This document shows, piece after piece, positions 50,258 to 61,100 of a stretch of 64,000 nucleotides of DNA. The notes under the pieces are model-generated. The model ran no database searches. It was given only the letters and a program-made list of their open reading frames with translations, and had not been told where the DNA came from. The DNA is from Mayamaea pseudoterrestris (Eukaryota): positions 62,001 through 126,000 of the forward strand of contig BROI01000039.1 in assembly GCA_027923505.1 (NCBI GenBank). Direction: 5' to 3'. How positions within the stretch are numbered: the first letter of the stretch is position 1; every line of letters begins with the position of its first letter. The translations under genes were made by a program, and so were the position numbers.

Positions 50258-50617
50258 TCACTGTCAGGTAGTCTCCTTATTCCAATCAAGTATTACTGTA
50301 TAAACTTTGCAGGGATGTTGACGCTAGCAACGACGACGAGGACGTTCATTCCAGAGTCGTTGAGGACGTGTGCGTCAACAGGCGGATGAAAATTTCGTTG
50401 GCAGTCATCGCGCACGCAAATCGTGTGCACGTCCATGGGCTCGGGAAAATGGCGGGTCACTTTGTGGCGGTCATTGTCCGTTGGGCGAGCGTGTCGGGTT
50501 GTGCTGTGTGCGAAGATAGTCGTATCGGTACTAAACATCGGAACGGGACTGATTCCAGCGTCGGAACGAGCACCGTCCGATTCCTTCGTTCCAACAGCAT
50601 GAACATCAACTTTAACT

Positions 50618-52015
50618 ATGGCAGCAGCAACGACAAGACCTATATGCGCTTGGGCGCTGACTCTGTGGATGCTTGCATCTTGTATTCATGACGCGAGCGC
50701 CTTTGCCAATGTCAATAGTAGCAAGCGACAATCACTCGGCGTCGCCCGAGCAGCAGCAGCATCCGATCTGGGAAGCACCGTCGTTAGCAAACATCACTAC
50801 GACGTTGTCAAGGTTGATTTGGAAGATGGAAGAGACTATCCCATTTACATTGGAACGAAATTTGCAAATGACGAAGGTACGTAGTGTGGCATTGACTCCC
50901 ATGCAGACTACTTGCATTGCTTCTTTGCTCATTCATTTTCGAAAAATTGCCGTGCCACAACTACAGCCGCATCAATACTACAATCGCATATTCACGGAAA
51001 CAAGGTTCTCATTGTCACGAACGATCGCATTGCACCAATGTACCTTGACAAGTACACGCAATTGCTAGCTTCCAATCCTCAATTATCCGTCGACACGTTG
51101 GTCATTCCAGACGGCGAGCAGCACAAGAACTTTGACGTATTGCAAAGCATACTCGACAAGTGTTTGGAGAATAGTTTGGATCGCAAGGCGACACTCGTTG
51201 CCCTGGGCGGCGGTGTCATTGGTGACATGGTGGGTTTTGCGGCGGCCATTTACCAGCGCGGCGTCAACTTTGTGCAAATACCCACCACCGTCATGGCCAT
51301 GGTTGACAGCAGTGTCGGAGGCAAGACGGGGGTGAACCATCCAATGGGTAAAAACATGATTGGCGCGTTTCATCAACCTCAATGTGTTTTTGTTGACACT
51401 GATACACTAGCGACCTTGCCGGATCGGGAGCTGTGTTCGGGTATTTCGGAAATTATCAAGTACGGACTTATCAGGGATGCTGCATTCTTCGAGTGGCAGG
51501 AGGAGCACATGGATGAGTTGCTGCAACGAAACCCTGAGGCGCTGCGGTATGCCATCACAAGGTCATGCCAAAACAAGGCAGCCGTTGTCAAGGCTGACGA
51601 AAAGGAGGCTGGGCTTCGTGCAACGCTGAACTTGGGTCATACGTTTGGACATGCGATTGAGAATGGGTCTGGCTACGGCACTTGGCTACACGGTGAAGCC
51701 GTCGCCATTGGAACCGCCATGGCTACGAGCATGTCGGCGCGACTGGGCTGGATTGACACGAGCTTGGTGAAGCGAGTTTACGACATATTGCACCGGGCCA
51801 AGCTACCAACGGAACTACCATTGGACTCACCCATGAACCGCGACAATTTTCTAAGGCTCATGTCTGTTGACAAAAAGGTGGCCAATGGGCAGTTGCGGTT
51901 AATTTTGCTCAAGGGCGAACTGGGCGAATGCGTCTTTACAGGCAACTTCGACAATGAAGCTATGATTGATACTGTGGATGAATTTGTGGCTGAATGTGGA
52001 GCCATTGCAAAGTAG
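50618..52015 (+). CDS. aroB: 3-dehydroquinate synthase, plastid-targeted (intron 50877-50966)
   Basis: ASAFAN presequence; ALGGGVIGDMVGFAAA, PTTVMAMVDSSVGGKTGVN, LNLGHTFGHAIE, HGEAVAIG and DKK. Confidence 0.95.
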
Positions 52016-52119
52016 CAACAATATACTAACTCTATTTACAAGTATGAGTAGTAAAGTCTTTGTGATAGTTAAAAGGTATGTCAGTCAGATCCCGTTGCTA
52101 CACTGTTGCGGGACTATGT

Positions 52120-55100
52120 TCTCAGCCTGCAGATGCCTTGGCATTCAAAACGCACCTACAGCAGGCCATGTATATACCCAAATGACACCAGAATGGTGCT
52201 AACATCATTATTCAGGCTGCGCTACAAGATGGTAGGCTTGGCTGGTGTCTCAGGGCATGGCTTTGTATTTGGTGACAACTTGTCACCAGTCTCAGCCTGC
52301 AGATGCCGTGACATTCAAACGCCCCTACAGCAAGCCCTGTAGGTGCCCAAAATACACCAGAATGGTGCCAACGTCATTGTTCAGGCTGCGCTACAAGATG
52401 GCAGGCTTGGCTGGTGTCTCAGGGGATGGCAATGATATTGGTGACAACTTGTCACCAGTCTCAGCCCGCGGATGCCGTGACATTCAAACGCCCCTACAGC
52501 AGGCTATGTATACACCCAAATGACACCAGAATGGTGCCAACATCATTATTCAGGCTGCGCTACAAGATGGTATGCCTGGCTAGTGTCTGAGGGGATGGCA
52601 ATGTTATTGGTGACAACTTGTCACCAGTCTCAGATTACTGATGCCGTGACATTCAAATGCCCCTACAGCAGGCCATGTATACACCCAAGCTACACCAGAA
52701 TGGTGCCAACATCAATATAAAAGCTGCGCTACAAGATGGTATGCCTGGCTGGTGTCTCAGGGGACGGCAATGATATTGGTGACAACTTGTCACCAGTCTC
52801 AGCCTGCAGATGCCATTACATTCAAACGCGCCTACAGCAGGCCATGTATAAACCCAAATGACACCAGAATGGTGCTAACAACATTATAAAACCTGCGCTA
52901 CAAGATGGTATGCCTGGCTAGTGTCTCAGGGGACGGCAATGATATTGGTGACAGATGCCGTGACATTCAAACACCCCTACAGCAGGCCATGTATACACCC
53001 AAATAACACCATAATGGTGCCAACGTCATTATTCAGGCTGGGCTACAAGATGGTATGCCTGGCTAGTGTCTCAGGGGACGGCAATGATATTGGTGACAAC
53101 TTGTCACCAGATGCCCGGCATTCAACCTACAGCAGGCCATGTATATACCCAAATGACACAAGAATGGTGCCAACATCATTTTTCAGGCTGCGCTAAAAGA
53201 TGATATGCCTGGCTAGTGTCTCAGGGCATGGGGATAGACAACTTGTCACCAGTCTCAGCCTGCAGATGCCGTGACATTCAAACGCCCCTACAGCAAGCCC
53301 TGTAGGTGCCCAAAATACACCAGAATGGTGCCAACGTCATTATTCAGGCTGCGCTACAAGATGGTAGGCTTGGCTGGTGTCTCAGGGGATGGCAATGATA
53401 TTGGTGACAACTTGTCACCAGTCTCAACCCGCTGATGCCGTGACATTCAAACGCCCCTACAGCAGGCCATGTATACACCCAAATGACACCAGAATGTTGC
53501 CAACATCATCATTCAGGCTGCGCTACAAGATGGTATGCCTGGCTAGTGTCTGAGGGGATGGCAATGTTATTGGTGACAACTTGTCACCAGTCTCAGATTA
53601 CTGATGCCGTGACATTCAAATGCCCCTACAGCAGGCCATGTATACACCCAAATGACACCAGAATGGTGCCAACATCATTATTCAGGCTGCGCTACAAGAT
53701 GGTATGCCTGGCTAGTGTCTCAGGGGATGGCAATGATATTGGTGACAACTTGTCACCAGTCTCAGCCTGCAGATGCCATTACATTCAAACGCGCCTACAG
53801 CAGGCCATGTATAAACCCCAATGACACCAGAATGGTGCTAGGGTAACTTCATTATACAACCTGCACTACAAGATGGTATGCCTGGCAAGTGTCTCAGGGG
53901 ACGGCAATGTGATTGGTGAGTAGTTCTCACCAGTCTCATCCCACAGATGCCGTGACATTCAAACACCCCTACAGCAGGCCATGTATACAACCAAATGATA
54001 CCAGAATGTTGCCAACATCATTATTCAGGCTGCGCTACAAGATGGTATGCCTGACTAGTGTAGTGTCTCAGGGGACGGCAATGATATTGGTGACAACTTG
54101 TCACCAGTCTCAGCCTGCAGATGCCGTGACATTCAAACGCCCCTACAGCAGGCCATGTATACACCCAAATGACACCAGAATGGTGCCAACTTCATTATAC
54201 AACCTGCGCTACAAGATGGTTTGCCTGGTTAGTGTCTCAGGGGATGGCAATGTGAGTGGTGAGTAGTTCTCACCAGTCTCATCCCACAGATGCCGTGACA
54301 TTCAAACGCCTTTACAGCAGGCCATGTATAAACCCATATAATACCAGAATGGTGCCAACATCATTGTTCAGGCTGCGCTACAAGATGGTAGGCTTGGCTA
54401 GTGTCTCAGGGGACGGCAATGATATTGGTGACAACTTGTCACCAGTCTCAGCCTGCAGATGCCGTGACATTCAAACGCCCCTACAGCAGGCCATGTATAC
54501 ACCCAAATGACACCAGAATGGTGCCAACATCATTATTCAGGCTGCGCTACAAGATGGTATGCCTGGCTAGTGTCTCAGGGGACGGCAATGATATTGGTGA
54601 CAACTTGTCACCAGTCTCAGCCTGCGGATGCCGTGACATTCAAACGCCCCTACAGCAGGCCATGTATACACCCAAATGACACCAGAATGGTGCCAACATC
54701 ATTATTCAGGCTGCGCTACAAGACGGTATGCCTGGCTAGTGTCTCAGGGGACGGCAATGATATTGGTGACAACTTGTCACCAGTCTCAGCCTGCAGATGC
54801 CATGACATTCAGACGCCCCTACAGCAGGCCATGTATACACCCAAATGACACCAGAATGGTGCCAACATCATTATTCAGGCTGCGCTACAAGATGGTATGC
54901 CTGGCTAGTGTCTCAGGGGACGGCAATGATATTGGTGACAACTTGTCACCAGTCTCAGCCTGCAGATGCCGTGACATTCGAACGCCCCTTCAGCAGGCCA
55001 TGAATATATCCAAATGACACCAGATTGGTGCCAACATTAATCATTATTCAGGCTGCGCTACAAGATGGTATGCCTGGCTAGTGTCTCAGGGGACGGCAAT

Positions 55101-58100
55101 GATATTGGTGACAACTTGTCACCAGTCTCAGCCTGCAGATGCCGTGACATTCAAACGCCCCTTCAGCAGGCCATGTATACACCCAAATGACACCAGAATG
55201 GTGCCAACATCATTATTCAGGCTGAGCTACAAGATGGTATGCCTGGCTAGTGTCTCAGGGGACGGCAATGATATTGGTGACAACTTGTCACCAGTCTCAG
55301 CCTGCAGATGCCGTGACATTCAAATGCCCTTACAGCAGGCCATGTATACACCCAAATGACACCAGAATGGTGCCAACATCATTATTCAGGCTGCGCTACA
55401 AGATGGTATGCCTGGCTAGTGTCTCAGGGGACGGCAATGATATTGGTGACAACTTGTCACCAGTCTCAGCCCGCGGATGCCGTGACATTCAAACGCCCCT
55501 ACAGCAGGCCATGTATACACCCAAATGACACCAGAATGGTGCCAACATCATTATTCAGGCTGCGCTACAAGATGGTATGCCTGGCTAGTGTCTCAGGGGA
55601 CGGCAATGATATTGGTGACAACTTGTCACCAGTCTCAGCCCGCGGATGCCGTGACATTCAAACGCCCCTACAGCAGGCCATGTATACACCCAAATGACAC
55701 CAGAATGGTGCCAACATCATTATTCAGGCTGCGCTACAAGATGGTATGCCTGGCTAGTGTCTCAGGGGACGGCAATGATATTGGTGACAACTTGTCACCA
55801 GTCTCAGCCTGCAGATGCCGTGACATTCAAACGCCCCTACAGCAGGCCATGTATACACCCAAATGACACCAGAATGGTGCCAACATCATTATTCAGGCTG
55901 CGCTACAAGATGGTATGCCTGGCTAGTGTCTCAGGGGACGGCAATGATATTGGTGACAACTTGTCACCAGTCTCAGCCTGCAGATGCCGTGACATTCAAA
56001 CGCCCCTACAGCAGGCCATGTATACACCCAAATGACACCAGAATGGTGCCAACATCATTATTCAGGCTGCGCTACAAGATGGTATGCCTGGCTAGTGTCT
56101 CAGGGGAGGGCAATGATATTGGTGACAACTTGTCACCAGTCTCAGCCCGCAGATGCCGTGACATTCAAACGCCCCTACAGCAGGCCATGTATACACCCAA
56201 ATGACACCAGAATGGTGCCAACATCATCATTCAGGCTGTGCTACAAGAGGGTATGCCTGGCTAGTGTCTCAGGGGACGGCAATGATATTGGTGACAACTT
56301 GTCACCAGTCTCAGCCTGCAGATGCCGTGACATTCAAACGCCCCTACAGCAGGCCATGTATACACCCAAATGACACCAGAATGGTGCCAACATCATTATT
56401 CAGGCTGCGCTACAAGATGGTATGCCTGGCTAGTGTCTCAGGGGACGGCAATGATATTGGTGACAACTTGTCACCAGTCTCAGCCTGCAGATGCCGTGAC
56501 ATTCAAACGCCCCTACAGCAGGCCATGTATACACCCAAATGACACCAGAATGGTGCCAACATCATTATTCAGGCTGCGCTACAAGATGGTATGCCTGGCT
56601 AGTGTCTCAGGGGACGGCAATGATATTGGTGACAACTTGTCACCAGTCTCAGCCCGCGGATGCCGTGACATTCAAACGCCCCTACAGCAGGCCATGACTA
56701 TACCCAAATGACACCAGAATGGTGCCAACATCATTATTCAGGCTGCGCTACAAGATGGTATGCCTGGCTAGTGTCTCAGGGGACAGCAATGATATTGGTG
56801 ACAACTTGTCACCAGTCTCAGCCTGCAGATGCCGTGACATTCAAACGCCCCTACAGCAGGCCATGTATACCCAAATGACACCAGAATGGTGCCAACATCA
56901 TTATTCAGGCTGCGCTACAAGATGGTATGCCTGGCTAGTGTCTCAGGGGACGGCAATGATATTGGTGACAACTTGTCACCAGTCTCAGCCTGCAGATGCC
57001 GTGACATTCAAACGCCCCTACAGCAGGCCATGAATATACCCAAATGACACCAGAATGGTGCCAACATCATTATTCAGGCTGCGCTACAAGATGGTATGCC
57101 TGGCTAGTGTCTCAGGGGACGGCAATGATATTGGTGACAACTTGTCACCAGTCTCAGCCCGCAGATGCCGTGACATTCAAACGCCCCTACAGCAGGCCAT
57201 GAATATACCCAAATGACACCAGATTGGTGCCAACATCATTATTCAGGCTGCGCTACAAGATGGTATGCCTGGCTAGTGTCTCAGGGGACGGCAATGATAT
57301 TGGTGACAACTTGTCACCAGTCTCAGCCTGCAGATGCCGTGACATTCAAATGCCCCTACAGCAGGCCATGTATACACCCAAATGACACCAGAATGGTGCC
57401 AACATCATTATTCAGGCTGCGCTACAAGATGGTATGCCTGGCTAGTGTCTCAGGGGACGGCAATGATATTGGTGACAACTTGTCACCAGTCTCAGCCCGC
57501 AGATGCCGTGACATTCAAACGCCCCTACAGCAGGCCATGACTATACCCAAATGACACCAGAATGGTGCCAACATCATTATTCAGGCTGCGCTACAAGATG
57601 GTATGCCTGGCTAGTGTCTCAGGGGACGGCAATGATATTGGTGACAACTTGTCACCAGTCTCAGCCTGCAGATGCCGTGACATTCAAACGCCCCTACAGC
57701 AGGCCATGAATACACCCAAATGACACCAGAATGGTGCCAACATCATTATTCAGGCTGCGCTACAAGATGGTATGCCTGGTTAGTGTCTCAGGTGACAGCA
57801 ATGATAGTGGTGACGACTTGTACCAGTCTCAGCCTGCAGATGCCGTGACATTCAAACGCCCTCACAGCAGGCCATGTATACACCCAAATGACACTAAAAT
57901 GGTGCCAACATCATTATTCAGGCTGCGCTACAAGATGGTATGCCTGGCTAGTGTCTCAGGGGACGGCAATGATATTGGTGACAACTTGTCACCAGTCTCA
58001 GCCCGCAGATGCCGTGACATTCAAACGCCCCTACAGCAGGCCATGTATACACCCAAATGACACCAGAATGGTGCCAACATCATTATTCAGGCTGCGCTAC

Positions 58101-61100
58101 AAGATGGTATGCCTGGCTAGTGTCTCAGGGGACGGCAATGATATTGGTGACAACTTGTCACCAGTCTCAGCCTGCAGATGCCGTGACATTCAAACACACC
58201 TACAGCAGGCCATGTATACACCCAAATGACACCAGAATGGTGCCAACATCATTATTCAGGCTGCGCTACAAGATGGTATGCCTGGATAGTGTCTCAGGGG
58301 ACGGCAATGTGATTGGTGACAACTTGTCACCAGTCTCAGCCTGCAGATGCTGTGACATTCAAACGCCCCTACAGCAGGCCATGTGTACACCCAAATGACA
58401 CCAGAATGGTGCCAACATCATTATTCAGGCTGCGCTACAAGATGGTATGCCTGGCTAGTGTCTCAGGGGACGGCAATGATATTGGTGACAACTTGTCACC
58501 AGTCTCAGCCCGCGGATGCCGTGACATTCAAACGCCCCTACAGCAGGCCATGTATACACCCAAATGACACCAGAATGGTGCCAACATCATTATTCAGGCT
58601 GCGCTACAAGATGGTATGCCTGGCTAGTGTCTCAGGGGACAGGAATTGGTGACAACTTGTCACCAGTCTCAGCCTGCAGATGCCGTGACATTCAAACGCC
58701 CCTACAGCAGGCCATGTATACGCCCAAATGACACCAGAATGGTGCCAACATCATTATTCAGGCTGCGCTACAAGATGGTATGCCTGGCTAGTGTCTCAGG
58801 GGACGGCAATGATATTGGTGACAACTTGTCACCAGTCTCAGCCTGCAGATGCCGTGACATTCAAACGCCCCTACAGCAGGCCATGTATACACCCAAATGA
58901 CACCAGAATGGTGCCAACATCATTATTCAGGCTGCGCTACAAGATGGTATGCCTGGCTAGTGTCTCAGGGGACGGCAATGATATTGGTGACAACTTGTCA
59001 CCAGTCTCAGCCTGCAGATGCCGTGACATTCAAACGCCCCTACAGCAGGCCATGTATACACCCAAATGACACCAGAATGGTGCCAACATCATTATTCAGG
59101 CTGCGCTACAAGATGGTATGCCTGGCTAGTGTCTCAGGGGACGGCAATGATATTGGTGACAACTTGTCACCAGTCTCAGCCTGCAGATGCCGTGACATTC
59201 AAACGCCCCTACAGCAGGCCATGTATACACCCAAATGACACCAGAATGGTGCCAACATCATTATTCAGGCTGCGCTACAAGATGGTATGCCTGGCTAGTG
59301 TCTCAGGGGACGGCAATGATATTGGTGACAACTTGTCACCAGTCTCAGCCTGCAGATGCCGTGACATTCAAACGCCCCTACAGCAGGCCATGTATACACC
59401 CAAATGACACCAGAATGGTGCCAACATCATTATTCAGGCTGCGCTACAAGATGGTATGCCTGGCTAGTGTCGCAGGGGATGGCAACGATATTGGTGACAA
59501 CTTGTCACCAGTCTCAGCCTGCAGATGCCGTGACATTCAAACGCCCCTACAGCAGGCCATGTATACACCCAAATGACACCAGAATGGTGCCAACATCATT
59601 ATTCAGGCTGCGCTACAAGATGGTATGCCTGGCTAGTGTCTCAGGGGACGGCAATGATATTGGTGACAACTTGTCACCAGTCTCAGCCTGCAGATGCCGT
59701 GACATTCAAACGCCCCTACAGCAGGCCATGTATACACCCAAATGACACCAGAATGGTGCCAACATCATTATTCAGGCTGCGCTACAAGATGGTATGCCTG
59801 GCTAGTGTCTCAGGGGACAGCAATGATATTGGTGACAACTTGTCACCAGTCTCAGCCTGCAGATGCCGTGACATTCAAACGCCCCTACAGCAGGCCATGT
59901 ATACACCCAAATGACACCAGAATGGTGCCAACATCATTATTCAGGCTGCGCTACAAGATGGTATGCCTGGCTAGTGTCTCAGGGGACGGCAATGATATTG
60001 GTGACAACTTGTCACCAGTCTCAGCCTGCAGATGCCGTGACATTCAAATGCCCCTACAGCAGGCCATGTATACACCCAAATGACACCAGAATGGTGCCAA
60101 CATCATTATTCAGGCTGCGCTACAAGATGGTATGCCTGGCTAGTGTCTCAGGGGACGGCAATGATATTGGTGACAACTTGTCACCAGTCTCAGCCTGCAG
60201 ATGCCGTGACATAAAACGCCCCTACAGCAGGCCATGTATACACCCAAATGACACCAGAATGGTGCCAACATCATTATTCAGGCTGCGCTACAAGATGGTA
60301 TGCCTGGCTAGTGTCTCAGGGGACGGCAATGATATTGGTGACAACTTGTCACCAGTCTCAGCCTGCAGATGCCGTGACATTCAAACGCCCCTACAGCAGG
60401 CCATGTATACACCCAAATGACACCAGAATGGTGCCAACATCATTATTCAGGCTGCGCTACAAGATGGTATGCCTGGCTAGTGTCTCAGGGGACGGCAATG
60501 ATATTGGTGACAACTTGTCACCAGTCTCAGCCTGCAGATGCCGTGACATTCAAACGCCCCTACAGCAGGCCATGTATACACCCAAATGACACCAGAATGG
60601 TGCCAACATCATTATTCAGGCTGCGCTACAAGATGGTATGCCTGGCTAGTGTCTCAGGGGACGGCAATGATATTGGTGACAACTTGTCACCAGTCTCAGC
60701 CTGCAGATGCCGTGACATTCAAACGCCCCTACAGCAGGCCATGTATACACCCAAATGACACCAGAATGGTGCCAACATCATTATTCAGGCTGCGCTACAA
60801 GATGGTATGCCTGGCTAGTGTCTCAGGGGACGGCAATGATATTGGTGACAACTTGTCACCAGTCTCAGCCTGCAGATGCCGTGACATTCAAACGCCCCTA
60901 CAGCAGGCCATGTATACACCCAAATGACACCAGAATGGTGCCAACATCATTATTCAGGCTGCGCTACAAGATGGTATGCCTGGCTAGTGTCTCAGGGGAC
61001 GGCAATGATATTGGTGACAACTTGTCACCAGTCTCAGCCTGCAGATGCCGTGACATTCAAACGCCCCTACAGCAGGCCATGTATACACCCAAATGACACC

